From positions 1 through 64,000 of the forward strand of contig MU008219.1 of the NCBI GenBank assembly GCA_010909165.1: a DNA stretch of 64,000 nt. The letters are read 5' to 3'. Below are positions 1-13,444 of the stretch, in pieces. Below the pieces are notes generated by a model that saw only the letters and a list, made by a program, of their open reading frames with translations, was not told where the DNA came from and searched no databases. Position numbers and translations under genes: made by a program. This stretch comes from Anthoceros angustus. Taxonomy: Eukaryota > Plantae > Anthocerotophyta. The first letter of the stretch is position 1, and every line of letters begins with the position of its first letter.

Positions 1-1418
1 TCTCTCTATGAGGTGGTGAGAGGGTCCAAGATAGATTGGGCCAGATGTTCTATGACAGGTGTGAGAGGGACCACTTGACCCTACCATCACCTAGCCCCTC
101 ACTCATCTCCTCTTAATCCACGTTTTTGACCATGCCAAAGCGGCTGGAGGGAATGGAGATGGTCTCACCTTTCATTTCTCGGAGGCCGGTTTGAAAGAAG
201 GAAGCCCAAAGAGGAGCCTGAGGAAGAGGCCATCTCCAAAGGGCACCGGGAGTGAAGGTGAGAAGTCCAAGTGTCCATGAAAAGGAATGTGACTGGCTAT
301 AGCAACCATGGTTGCTAACAAGGCAACTAGCTTGCTAAGGCCCCAACAGTACCAAGAGGAGCCGGGGAGCAACGGGAACTCCAACAACACCTAGAGCCAC
401 AAGAGCGCTGCACGGGAGCCCACCGATGTAAGCAAGACAAGGGCAAGGCTGTGGCAGCACCAATATCCTGTGAGCCTGTGCGGGAAACCACAGTCAACAG
501 GAGGAATCACCAACCCTTGGGCACTACCGAGCCGATCCGAGAAAGCGACACTGCTCAACGGGTGGCTTTCAAGTATACCCCTAAGTTGTGACAAGGCCAC
601 CGCGATGACAGGGAAGGAGGGAGCCCATTCCCAAAGAAGGTCCGGGACCCAACATCACCCTGCTGTGAGTTGGTTTCAGCTATGGCATGCACGTGGGCGA
701 GATGGAAGATCGATACTGGGTCCTCTCCTTGTTAGGGTTTACGCAAGCAAGGGAAGCAACAGGGGAGCTCGAGGAGCTCCAAGATGAAGAAGGAGAAGGA
801 GGTTTTGGAGGGACGCCTAAGCAAATTGGAAGTGGAAATAGGTGTGAGAACAAGGAGCTAAGGGGTTGCGAGGAAACTTGGGGAGTATGGAGAGAGGCAA
901 GAGGTACCTGTGGAGTCGTGAGAGCTGGGGAGGACTGTATGAAGCTTGGGAGGAAAGCCGAAAGGTTGGAGGAAGAAGGAGAGATCCGGGAAGCGTTACA
1001 GAGTAAGGAGGTGGGTGTGATCGGTAACCCCGATTGGTGGATCGACTTTGGAAGGATAAGAGAGAGGTGCCCAATCTTACCCACTTGGACCCCAAGTGGG
1101 CCCCCACCCTTCTATTAATAGCCGTGCCCGAACCCAGATGGGCCCCGCTTCAGGAATGGAGGGTGGTTGCTAAGATAGCAACGGGCTCGTCTGCCAAGGT
1201 AGCAACAGGTCGCGTGGCTAAGATAGCCATGTGTCCGAGTGTGTTAGGATAGTAGCTGGTCCAGTCGCTAGATGTTTTGTATGTCCGTGTTTGCTGATTG
1301 GCTATGTTTTGTTGTCTTGACACGAAATCACTCCCTTGGGCACGAATCTCAAGTCTACAACGATAAAGAGGGTAAATGTGGCCTCTTTGTGACCACTTGG
1401 TTTAGAAAATCACCCACA
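1..1418 (+). mobile_element. Partial, internally deleted LTR of the same Ty3/Gypsy family as the element at 3262-17724
   Basis: Colinear with ~4790-7544 and ~14900-17724 and ends with the same ...GGTTTAGAAAATCACCCACA. No TGGCGCC PBS follows, so it is a 3' or solo LTR. It lacks ~1.4 kb relative to the other LTRs (junction 840-842). Confidence 0.9.
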
Positions 1419-2199
1419 CACCTTATTGTGACGCATCACCGTGAGGTTATGCCCTACAAGATTGGTGCATGGAGGAGTTTTGGTATGCTCGCTTATGCTT
1501 TTCGCCTCCATGTAAGGCACTTCCTACTGCCATCAGATGCACTTGTGAAACTTCCGCCTCCTGCTCGATTCCCAATTTTCTTTCTTCCTCCCGGCTGTCA
1601 TGAGGCAAGCTTTGCCACTTCTACCGCTTCCTCCCTCGCTCAGCACACGTTGCACATACAACCAACATGGCCATCATGAGTTACCCAACGTTAATGGGTG
1701 TACCAATCACCATAGTCGACCATTTGCCTCACTTTCCGCCTGGGGCCCCTCCTCGTATCTTCTCGCCTGCCAGGATGCTTCTCGTCTGCCTTTCTTCCGC
1801 ACGCAGCCCGCGTGGCCCTCACCGCCCACCGCCTGCCGCCTCTACTCCTCCTCCTCTTTTCCTCTTCCGCCCGCCACCCTTTATCGCAGTGGCGTGCCTC
1901 AACCGGGCTCCACCATGTAGGTCCATGCTCTCGTGACGGAGGTCGCAAGATATGTGTCTGCACGAAATTAGGCACCTCGTCCCTTTCAAAGACCGCCTCT
2001 TCGGATCCTCGTTATCCGCCCCCCCCACGCCCCTGCCCCTTGCCTCGCAGATTCTGCAAGCCTTTGCCCATATCAAAGGCGCCGCATGATGCCCTCTTGA
2101 CCTCCTTCATTCTCTCTCCTCGACATTCGCCTCATGCTAGTGACGCGCTTTTTTGGCCCGCCCGAGCATGGATGCCGGTGATCCACCGTCTGCCCCCGC

Positions 2200-3261
2200 C
2201 ACCCGCCTCCTACTCCCCTCGCTTTTTGTCCACCGCGGTACACAAGTGTGTTTCGTGACGGATCGCCTGCTCGGTCCACACCACCCGACTCCCCGCCTCC
2301 ACACTCATTGTTCGCCATTCAACGGGCTGCCATTCCATCTCGATCCCAACGGCCTCCACCTCCGCATGGCAAACATGGCTGCCACCTTCCGGCCCCTGGC
2401 ACTCCTCCACCTCTTCTCCATTTGTTGCCTGCCCACGTGACATGCCCGCCTCCACTCACACCATTCCATGCAGCCCACCAAACCTGGCGATCGTGGTGTC
2501 GCGGCACCATACTCGCCCATACTGGCCCGCCGCCTCCTCTCGCTTGCGCCCTCGTGATCTGCGTGGCCCCTGCTCCACTTCACCGCCATCAAGCCATCGT
2601 CGCCTTCCCCCTTCCACACCAGCCCCGCCTCCTCGCTCCTCCTCCCCAAGCCCCTTCCGTGCCATCTCGCATTTCCTTCCTAGCCTCTCAACGCCCACAT
2701 CGCCACCACGTGCACCTGTCACGCCTCCCACCCCTTCCTTCCGTCGCCCTCTGAAAGGCCACCATATCGTGATCCATCTCCAATTCAATGTCATTAAGCA
2801 AAATGGTCATTTCCTTGTTCTCCTTGCAATGGCTCGAATCTCGGTGTCTTGTCATACACTCCCCGCCTTACCTGTGAGGAACTCGCAATAACCCCACTAT
2901 CGCTGGACCGCCCACGAGGTCGCATGGAAATCGCCCTCTTCAACCTCCCATACCGCCTTCCGTTGGAAACCGCCCATGCCGATTCTCAAACCTCACCACC
3001 CAGCCAAGACGCCTCCCCCCATGGGTTTGGACCCATCCCTGCTTTTGGCTAGCCTCTTTGCCGCGATTTCGCATTGATGGCTCAAACTTCCCGCTCCTCT
3101 TCAACTCCATCCGAGCCCATGCAAGTGCATCTTCCCACTCTTCGCCATCCACCATGTTTTCTTCCCATGTCCTCCCCCTCTACCATTTCCTCTAGTCACG
3201 TCATAGCCTTCCACACATCGAATTGCGGTCCGGCCATCTCGCGAAGTGTCGCGCTTATGTC
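2200..3261 (-). pseudogene. CACTA TnpA-like gene (Ptta/En/Spm, Transposase_24-like, plus possible Tnp1 domain), 3' part downstream of the LTR insertion
   Basis: Minus-strand fragments LREMAGPQFDVWKAM, VDGEEWEDALAWARMELK, RNRGKEASQKQGWVQTHGGR and VCHAEVEAV...SRVVW resemble TnpA-type motifs. Same orientation as the transposase at 19-22 kb. Frameshifted. Confidence 0.55.
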
Positions 3262-6200
3262 AGTGGTGACCACATGGGTACTCGACCCCCGGAAAGGAGT
3301 GTTTTTTTTTGTTTTGTGTTTAAGTTGCGAGAATCGTGTGGAGTTGGAATGTGAAGTAGGTTAGGAAATAAAGAAAAGTCTACTAGAGCCTAGTAGGAGG
3401 AAGAGAGTCTAGTCCCGATCCCGGATGTAACTCTGAGGGTTGGTCCGACCGTTGCTAACGCGTTGCTAGGGCTAATGTGGCCGCCGCTATGACCACAACC
3501 GACGGGAGCCTCGCTATGGTAGCAACCAAGTTGGAGTTTCTTTTCGATGACTTCGAAAATCCAATCGATGGAATCACAAGGGAATACCCAAACGGAAGTA
3601 ACGGGGTCCTATTGGCAATTAAGTCCAGCATGGAAGAGTATTTGCATCGAATCCAGCGGATGAAGACGGCCGCTACCGGAATTCGAGCGGTCAGGTGGAG
3701 GCCGGAGCGAACGCCGACGGATGCAAGGCGAGGTGTCGCAATGATCGTGAAGCCGCAGAACGAGCGCGCCGCAGAGACCAAACCGGTTTAGGCGGATTGA
3801 GAGGGGTCATGGAGGAAGCGGAGCGCAAACCGGAGGCAAGACCTCAGGCCAGGCGCGGAATGAAGGTTCTGGGAGAACGCCCAAAGTGCGGGCGTGGGCG
3901 CAATGGGAGGTAAGCAGGCCCGGTAGAAAATCGCCCACGCGAGTGGGGAGTAATCGGGCCGTGCAACTCCGGAGAAGGCTAGCGGGCGGCTGGTGTGGCG
4001 ATCGTGCAGAAGCTAACAAGAGTGGGCAAGCCTGACAGGCTGTGAAGGGGCCGGGAACTCGCAGAAAAGAGAAGTGTGCAACGGCACCAAGAATCGGAGG
4101 CACGCACTGGGAGGTCGCGTGCAAGACAAAGCACTGGGTCAACTGCGGTTGCGATACACCTCCAAGCCTCATACAACCGAGGTAGGCCGACAGCCGATCG
4201 CCCGAGCCGAGGCGGTGGAGGTGTATTGCGCCGTGGGTTTCACCCGCAGAGGAGCCGGTGTCAAGCTCAACACGAAACGGCCGAAGCATAGATTGCTGGA
4301 CACCTTTGCTCCTGTAAGCTCTAAGCTTGTGTCATAGGACAGGAGCATGGCACCTAAGAAGAACCCTCCCCGCCATTGAGGCCATTACGACCGCCCAATG
4401 GCCCAATATGCAATCGGAGAGTGAAGGCGGGTCTTTAGTGGCTACATCACCGTCCTTCATGGACAAAAAGTGGTGCTACAACAGCCCCACGTTGGTTTTG
4501 GAGTGCAGCATGAGGGAGAAGGCCATTGGGGAAGGCAACGAGGACCAACCCCGCCTGGAATATTCATGCTCCGCTTATGAGAGACCAAGAGGAATGTGGC
4601 GGATAATCATTGACCCTTTCAGAAACCATCTCCTCAAAAGTCGCAGGAGGCACAAGCGGCCATTGCTCCCACATTGTCTAGAGTGGAGAATGGCGGGTCA
4701 CCAACAAGCTAGACCCCGAAATGGCCGGATTAGCCAGTGATCCCGTGCTCTCACCTCACTAAGAAGCCGGAGCACATCGACCATTTCCTTGTCTTTCTAT
4801 GAGGTGGTGAGAGGGGTCCAAGATAGATTGGGCCAGGATGTTCTATGACACACATGTGGAGAGGGACCACTTGACCCTACCATCACCTAGCCCCTCAGCC
4901 TCTATCTCCCTTCTTAATCCACGTTTTGACCATGCCAAGTTGCGGAGGGAATGGAGATGGTCTCACCTTTCATGGAGGCCGTGTTTGAAAGAAGGAAGCC
5001 CAAAGAGGAGTCGAGGAAGAGGCCATCTCGTGGCACCGGGAGTGAAGATGAGAAGTCCTGTCCATGAAAAGGAATGTGGCTAAGGTATACCATGTTGCTA
5101 ACAAAGCAACTGGAGTTGCTAAGGCCCCAACAGTACCAAGAGAGCCGGGAGCAACGGGGACTCCAACCAACACCTAGAGCCACAAGAGCGCACGGGAGCT
5201 CACCGATGCAAGACAAGGGCAAGGCCAGGCAGCACCAATATCCCGTGGAGCCTGTGAAACCAGTCAACAGGAGGAATCGCCCCAACCTTGGGGCCGAAAT
5301 GATCCGAGAAAGTACACTGCTCAAGGGTGACCTCAAGTATACCCCGGAAGTTGTGACAGGGGCGGTCATGGCGATAGGAAGGAGGGAACCCATCCCAAGA
5401 AGGTTTGGGACCTAACATCACCCTGAGTGGTTGCTATGGCACGCACTGTGGAGATGGAAGATCGATAGCTCGTCCTCTCTTGTTAGGTTTACAGGAAGGA
5501 AGCAACAGGGGAGCGGAGGAGCTCCAAGATGAAGAAGGAGAAGGAGGTTTTGGAGGGACGCCTAAGCTTGGAAGTGGAAATAGGAAGGTCCGAGGAGTTG
5601 CAGAAGTACCAAGGACCAGAAGCCTCATGGCTCGCCTCCGACACAGCACCATAGGAGAGCTGCAATGTTATTTCGATGCACAAGTGCAGCCCTGGGATGC
5701 CTCCCGAGCGCCAAGAAGGAGAGGGACGAGGCTAGGAAAGGAAGAGGCCAAGAGGGCCGTGGATTGCAAGGAGGCCACCGTGGAAGAGGCGAGCTCCTAT
5801 GGAAGAATCTGTTGAGTTAGCAACAGTGAGGAGGTTGCAAGCAAGCAACCGGGTTGCTAGGAAGCAACAGCCTGCACTGCTAAGGAAGCAACAGCTCCAA
5901 GACCAAAGCCACAACAAGGAAGAAGGGGCAACAAGACGGAGGAGGACAACAGCTGGGGGAGCGGTAAGCACCTAAGAAGTCTAACTTCCCAATGGTGCAT
6001 TAGATTGAGGATGCTTATCAAGATAACCATGTGCCCGGATTCTCCTTGGCCGGAGAGAAGATTGTCACCCGAAAGTTTATGTTGTTGTGGGCCAGGGGGA
6101 CATGGAGGTACTTGATCCATGCCTTGACGGCACGGATCCTACCTATGGGTTGGATTCTATGGAGGAAACTCACCCATCCAGATTCAAGAGCTCACCGAGG

Positions 6201-7544
6201 AGGAGTACTGCCATGCGGCGAGCACAAGAGAGAGAGGAGTCCAGCCTGAGGAGGTGGAGATTTTATGGGAGAGATTGCCCAACCAGCCAAGAGGGAAGAG
6301 CAAGAGGAGAACATGGGCTAGGCGGCCTAGGAGGCCCAGAGTAATAGGGGTAAGTGGCCCAAATAGCTAAGGCCCATGTGTTATAGATAAATCTTATCCT
6401 CTCATAGTGGATAGAATTAAGAGATAGGCCTCTAGGATTGGTAGGCTAAGACCGATATATTTTGGCAAGTAGCCGCTTTTGTAATGATCTTGGGTATAAG
6501 AGGCCCCTCTTGATGAAATGTAAGCAATGTTGGCCTAAAGTCTCGTTTGGGGAGCACGGGGTTTGGGGGTACCATCCAAAGGTCTGAGTCTAGCACGCTT
6601 CTCACAGGAGGAGGACTAGATCCGCAGACCGTGATCCGCAAGAGTGGTGGAAAGCAAGGAGGGAGCCGGTGGTCTCCTTGGAGGAGTTCCCAAGGTCAAG
6701 AGGAAGGGGTTGTGCCGGGAGGCTTCCATTCCTTACTCATTCTCTCTTGTCTAGTACTCACCTTGTGTTTGAGTTTTTCAGGTGTCGAGGTCATGGGAAA
6801 AGGAGACAAGGGAGCCTGGTGGTGGAAGAAGAAGTGAGACTAATGGGTTTGTATGTTTGGAAAATGTGAGCGAAAAGTGAACTGTGAGAGGAGTGGAAAT
6901 GCGGACATGGAGAGTTGCGATTGGTGGAGAGAAGTAAGAGGGATTGAGAAGTCAGGAGTGATGTTTGAGAAAGTGGAGATTGAATGAGGCCGTGAGGTGT
7001 GAGAACAAGGAGTGAAGGAGTTGCAGAGGAAACTTGGGGAGTATGGAGAGGCAAGAGGTACCTGTGGAGCCGAGAGCTGGGAGGACTGGAGAAGCTTGGG
7101 AGGAAAGCTGAAAGGTTGAGGAAGAAAGAGATCTGGAAGTGACGAGTAAGGAGGTGGGGTGTGATCGAACCCGATTGGTGGATCTACTTTGTGGAAGGAT
7201 AAGAGAGAGGTGTCCAATTATCCACTTGGATCCCAAGTGGGCCCCCACCTTCTATTAATAGCCAACCCAGATGGGCCCCCTAGAAAATAGAGGGTGGTTG
7301 CTAAGATAGCAACCGATCTGCTAAGGTAGCAACAGTCGCGTGGCTAAGATAGCCAGTGTCCGAGTGTTAGGATAGTAGCTGGTCTCAGAATCGCTAGATG
7401 TTTTGTATGTCCGTGTTGGTTGGATTGGCTATGTTTTGGTTGTCTTGACACGAAATCACTCCTTGGGTGAATCTCAAGTCTACAACGATAAAGAGGGTAA
7501 ATGTGGCCTCTTTGTGACCACTTGGTTTAGAAAATCACTCCACA
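3262..7544 (+). repeat. 5' LTR (~4.28 kb)
   Basis: Starts (A)GTGGTGACCACATGGGTA and ends AAAATCACTCCACA. Colinear with 13445-17724. Confidence 0.93.
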
Positions 7545-7547
7545 TTT

Positions 7548-7563
7548 TGGCGCCTGTTGGGAG
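7548..7563 (+). promoter_or_regulatory. Primer-binding site (TGGCGCC-type)
   Basis: TGGCGCCTGTTGGGAG a few nt after the LTR end. TGGCGCC PBSs are typical of Athila/Tat-like elements. The primer tRNA cannot be assigned with confidence. Confidence 0.8.
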
Positions 7564-7635
7564 TGTCATTGTTGTCAAGACCTTAGAGTAGACTAACCTT
7601 GTCTAGTAGTGTATTGGGAGTCTTGAGTGTGATAC

Positions 7636-10600
7636 ATGGATGCTACCCATTGAGTCCGAAAGTTCCGACTCAGTGAAGAGAAGACTCAAAGAAGAAGACA
7701 ACGCTGCGCGGAGCGAGGAAGGGCTGCGACCGAGAGCCGAGGAGAGCACAGCAGCAACGCACTGGGAGGAGCCAAGAAGCAAGCAACAGTCGCTTAGGAC
7801 CGATGACCATCCTTGTCTTCGACCTCCGTGGTCAACTTGTGCAGCCGTGAACTCAAAGAACTTTTGACAGTATGCTAACAGAGATCCTGTTAGACCAACA
7901 ATCGCGGGATAGTGACGACCGTCATGGCGACTTCAGCCTTTTGCAATAACTACTAAGCACCATACCCGTATGGAGAGAAGAAGGGTATGAAGATCCGACG
8001 AGTTTGTTGAACGCTTTGAGCAACTAACCATTGCAAATCGTGAACTGGGATCAGCAGATTCACTCTTCTACGGAGTTCTTCGGAGGGCCAGCCAAGTGGT
8101 ACAAGAGGGAGTACCTCAAGGCATCAAGACTCAAAGAACCTTCAACGAATCAAGAAAGCCTTTTGTGAGAGGTTCAGGGGAATAGATGTAGAAGGCTACG
8201 TGTTGTCAAAGTTGGAGTTTTTGAGGAGAAGAAGGAAGGAGACCTTGCAAGCTTATGTTGAGAGGTTTTAACTTGGATCGTAGTGGTCCTCACTTTACGC
8301 CATTCGTGGTTGCTAAGGTTAGATCCGAGATGGGCCGACATGTGAGGCGCAAGCGGAGAAGACGAGACAAGGCCATCAAGGCGGCACTCAACTACGAAGA
8401 ATCCAACTCCTTGGACAAGAAGAAGCACAAGAAGGAAAAGAGCAAGAAGAAGAAGTCCAAGCGAGGGAAGAAGGACAAGGGATCTTCGCCGGAGGAAGAA
8501 ACTTCAGAGGAGAGTGACCTCTCAAGACTCGATTCGGAGGACTCTTCCTGAGGATGGCAAGACGGAGGAAGAATCAAGACGAGAGACGCAGGAAGAAGAA
8601 GAAGGTTGACGCTAAGAAGAAACCAGAGGCTCGAGGATCAAGGGAGCTGGCTAAACAAGAGGTCGCTAGTGCTAAGAAGGAAGTGGAACAAGTCAAGAGG
8701 AGGTCAAGCACAGAAGAAGGTGCAACAAGAAGAAATGAAGATGGAGGAAATGATGAGCAAATTCGAGAAGTTTCACCTCAACGCCGTGAAGGAGCATGAG
8801 AAGAGGAGAGCCGCATCCAAAGGTTTCGGCTAACTGCTTTTGTTCCACTTGTGGCCAGCCAGCCACACCAAGTCCAACCGCCATGTGGCCAAGGTGCACA
8901 TGCTCGCCACGAGGAGGAGGAAGAGGATCGCCGGAGGATACCTACCGATCCGTGAGGTTTCCTGGGACAAGATTCCCAAGACCGCCCATCCGCCGATGCT
9001 AAATTCCATGGGGCCGCATTCAATAACCAAGTGCCTGTGGTTGCTAACCAAGCAACGGTGGTTCAACAATAGGGGCTTTGGTCATTATGCAAATAGTCAT
9101 CGCCACAAGACAAAGCCAATGGTGACTACGAACGGCTGTGCCAAGACTGCAAACAACAGGGTCATGTAGCGGGGAGTGTCACCTGCCCAAATCCGAGGAA
9201 GATCGCTCAATTGCTCAACCACCGTGATGGGTTCAAGTGCATCCCAAGGAGCTGTGGCAGCCATGCACGTGGAGGATGCCCTTATGGCTGTTTGGGAGGA
9301 TGCGGAAGCCATGGTGTTGCGGGAGCTAGATGGACTGGGGGGAGGAGACTACGAGAGGCGCAGCCATGGTCAGGCGCACTAGGATGAAAAGCTAGGAGGA
9401 AGTCGGAAGAAGAAAGAGACGGAGGTGGAATCACCACAAAGTCTCAAGAGAGAGCACTCCAAGCCCGGAGGGAACGGATCCGAGGAGACACTTGAGAAGG
9501 AGAACCCGAGAAGGAAGAATCAAGGAGTGAATCGCCTGGGGCCATGCTGGAGAAAAGAAGTTCCAAAGAAAGGGAGAGGAACCCGAGTTTCCACCGGACG
9601 GGCGAAGTCATGGAGATGATAGAGGAGGAATTGACCAAGACAACAAACGCCGAGCTCGTGATCCCGAGACCGCAGAAGTCCTCCGGTTAGCAACCGCTAA
9701 GGCGGCTAAGCAAGCAACCGCTTGTTGCTAAGGGAGCAACCGACGCGGGAAGAAGGAGGGACCGATCGAGGACCATTTAACCTTGCAAGCCATCATGGAT
9801 CGCAGCCATATCACGCTTTGGTCAACTATTGAAGGACAACCCCAAGCAGCAACAAGTTCGAGGGCCTTGCAAGAAGCGCAACCCAAGAGGAAGAGGCGAT
9901 TGCCCAAGCCGGACCAAGGGTGCCGACTACAACAACCTAGTGTCCATGATAGACCAAGGGCCGGAGTCAAGTGAGATCGTCATTCATCAAGCGGGTTCCC
10001 CGGATACCGGATCCGGGTGAACATCATGACGGAAGCAATAGCAAGGAAGCTTGGGTTGACATTGAGCATACCAAAAGGAGATTGGCCGACATGTCAAAAA
10101 TGCACTGTGGGAGAATCAAGGGAGTAACCACCATCATAGGGACCATTCCCTATCTCATGGACTATGTGGTTATCCACAAGGCGCTGTGGTACGACATCCT
10201 ATTGGGAAGGACTCCGTATGGCTCAAGATGCAAGATGACTTGGGGAGGAAGGAAGTGGCTTTTAAGCCAATGGATTGGGACCCCAAGACAAGGAGGCCGA
10301 ATTTGTTTGAGTTGGAGGATACCACTGGGGAGACTACAAAGAACGGAAGGATACACATCCTGGAGAAACATCCGACCGGAGGAAGAAGGAGGAACTGGAC
10401 AAATTTCCTTTTGCACATATCGCATGGTCGATGAGGAGGAAGAGTATAGGAGGGATATCCCTTACTCCCTCAATTTGGTGGACGCTTTGGTTCATGGAGG
10501 ACCGCACTGAGGAGAGCCGACAAAGAACCGCTGCTAACGAGGCTAAGGAAGCATCACCGATTCAAAAGGCGGCTAAGGAAGCAACACCGATTCTCAAGAG

Positions 10601-13415
10601 TTGCTAAGGAAGGATCGAGGACACAAGAACAGTGAGAGGGTGAGCCGAGATCATTCGACCTCACGAGGACCTATTTAGGGAGTGGGGATGAGGGAAGAGG
10701 ACCCTCGTGAACCGGAGGAAGGGTTTGGTGAGAGTTCGACCCGTGGAGCGAGAATGGGTACAAGCGACGAGATTAAGGATGTGGAGGTATTGCGAAGGTG
10801 CTGAAGTTTGCACGATAGGAACCAGTTGGAAGAAGGAATGAAACAGCCTCCGAGTTCATCGACGTGTTTGCCTTCGAGGTGTGATATGAAGGGATTCCCA
10901 AGAAGTGGGGAGCATAGGATCGATTTGGAGCCGGAGCGACTCCCGTGCGAATTCCCAATACAAGCTGAACCCAAAGTACTCATCAAGGTGAAGGAGCTTG
11001 AATTGTACTTGAAGGCGACGCCATCTATCCAATCGAACACGGAGTGGTGGCTCCGTGGTTCAAGAAGCACCGGAAAGATTCGAGTATGCCAAGATCGGAG
11101 GAAGCTCAACAAAGCAACCAAGAAGGACCATTTCCTCCGCCATTCATCGACAACATCCTCGGATTTGGTGGTGGAAGATGTGTGTACTCGTTCTTGACGT
11201 ACTGGGTACAATCACTGCACTTGAGGAGAGTGACCGGCCTCTAACAGCCTTCACACGGATTGGGGACCTTCGACACAAGAGGAGTGCGCTCGGATTGACG
11301 GGCACCTTCCTTCATGCGAGCATGGTTGAGATCTTCAAGGAGTATCTCCACAAGTTCATGGAGGTATTCCTAGATGATTTTGTGTGTTTGGGAGTGTGGA
11401 GGAGCACCGGATCACTTGCGGTGCTTGGCGAGGTGTCGTGAAACTCAACTTTGCCTACATCCCGAGAAATGCTACTTTGGCATGCGGAGGGATTTTGTTG
11501 GGGCATGAATTTCAAAGACGAGGCATCAAGTTGATCCGCATAAGGTGAAGATGATTGCCCGAAGCTCCAACAACTCTCAAGGAACTCCGGGGTTCCTTGG
11601 CATGGTGGGCTACTACCGACGCTTTGTGCCTAACTTTGCTAGGAGGGCTGCCCTTTGACCAGCTTGTTGAGGAAGGACCAAGAGTGGACCGGACACCGGT
11701 GAGAGGAGGCAGATTCAAGATTTGAGGACCACGCAGGCAACCCTCAAGGGACCGGATTGAACAAGAAGTTCCATGTGTACGGATGTTTCCGCCATTGGTA
11801 CCTTGAGCGGATGACAAGAAGAGGGACTACCCAATCTACTACGCAGACGGCAACTCACCGATGCGGAGCGCAAGTACACAACAATCGAAAGGGAAGCCCT
11901 TGGGATGGTGTATTCAAGGAAGTTCCATTATCTCCTCTCCTATGAGTTGTTTCCATGTTGACCATTTTGCTCTCAAGCATCTTGTCAACAAGGCGGATCT
12001 TCGTCGCATAGCTCGCTTGGATCTTCTGGTAAGAGTTCACATTCACGGGAGACACGTGAGGGGAAGAAGCATGTGAATGCGACTACTTGTCCCGCTTGAA
12101 GACGGAGAAGGTGGAGCGTGATCAAGAAGATCATTTTCCGGATGAAGCTTTCTTGCCGGAGGAGGAAGAGGAGAGTGCTAGGCCCAATGCCAAGTTGATC
12201 GGAAACGGAGGTACAAAGACCAAATGAGAAGGGAGGGAGAAGTTTGTGCCACCCCTATGAGGAGGTCTTTCGCTTTTAGCAACAGTGTCGACACTGACTG
12301 CCACAAAGAATGAGGTTGTTCCTATACTTCCACTGCTGTTAAGCGCGAGACAAGTGCTGGTAGGGCCGATGGAGTTGAGAGGTTGTGGGTCAAGGATGGT
12401 CAAAAGGACCGGGTTCTCGCCTTGCATGAGGAGGAGGCCGGAGGTCACTACTAACGTGACTGTAAGAAGATCTTGAGGTGGTATTGGTGGCCAACCTTGC
12501 ACATAGATGCTAGGGAGTTCATCAAGCGTTGTGATGCATGTCAAAGGGTTGGAAAGCCAACCAGGACCACACAGTGGCCATTGGTCCCTATCCTAGCCTT
12601 GGCGCCCTTTGAAAAGTGGGGCATAGACTTTGTTGGCCCGATTCAGCCCAAGACCAAGGGGAACCAAAATCAATATATTCTGGTAGCAACGGACTACTGT
12701 ACCCGTATGGTGGAAGCTCAGGCCTTGCCCGTGGACACAGCGAATGTGGTGGCCAGTTCTTGTTTGAGTACATCATTACAAGGTACGGTGCCTGGAATTG
12801 GTTAGCGGCGGTACCCATTTCATCAACGAGGTGATCTCACACATGGTGAAGTACTTCAACATCAGCCACGGAAGACCACCCCTACAACCCCAAGGCGAAT
12901 GGACTCACGGAGAAAGCTAATGGATTGCTTTGTGATCCTCAACAAGTTACCATCACCTACACCTACGATTGGGACCGGAAGCTTCACTCGCCAGGGCGAC
13001 AGGAGGGAGAAGGTGACCACACAGACCCCTACTACCTCACCTATGGGCACTCACCATGCCCATTGAGTTTGAAGTGCCAACGTTGAGAGTCCAAGAGCAT
13101 AAGAGGATGACGGTGGAGGAGAGCCTTGGAGAGGCTCATAGGCTTTGTTCAAAGACATGGAGACAGGAACAAGCCTTGGCACCCCACGTAACGCCCAAGA
13201 GAAGAGGAAGGAATGGCATGACCTAAGTCGCAAAAACAAGAGTACGTTGTTCGGGACTTGGCGTTGTCAGATATGACAGTACATGCACTTCCGAAGCTGC
13301 ATCTTAGATGGATGGGTCCCTGCTGCAAGTGTTCGACAATGGATCCATACAACCGCGGCAACTTGATGGACCCTCGCCAACCGTGGTCAATGGTTGGCGT
13401 GAAGAAGACATTAAG
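7636..13415 (+). pseudogene. gag-pol polyprotein (Gag, zinc knuckles, aspartic protease, RT, RNase H, integrase), heavily frameshifted
   Basis: Knuckle-like CSTCGQP (~8840) and FGHYAN (~9080). Protease DTGSG (~10003) and YDILLGR. RT GKIRVCQDRRKLNKATKKDHF and FMEVFLDDF (~11360). RNase H FHVDHFALKHLVNK. Integrase WWPTLHIDAREFIKRCDACQR, PFEKWGIDFVGP and YILVATDY, then KLHLRWMGP (GPY/F-like). Confidence 0.95.
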
Positions 13416-13428
13416 TTGGGACGCCAAC

Positions 13429-13442
13429 AAATGAGAAGGGAG
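13429..13442 (+). promoter_or_regulatory. Polypurine tract
   Basis: AAATGAGAAGGGAG directly upstream of the TGTGG start of the 3' LTR. Confidence 0.8.
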
Positions 13443-13444
13443 TA

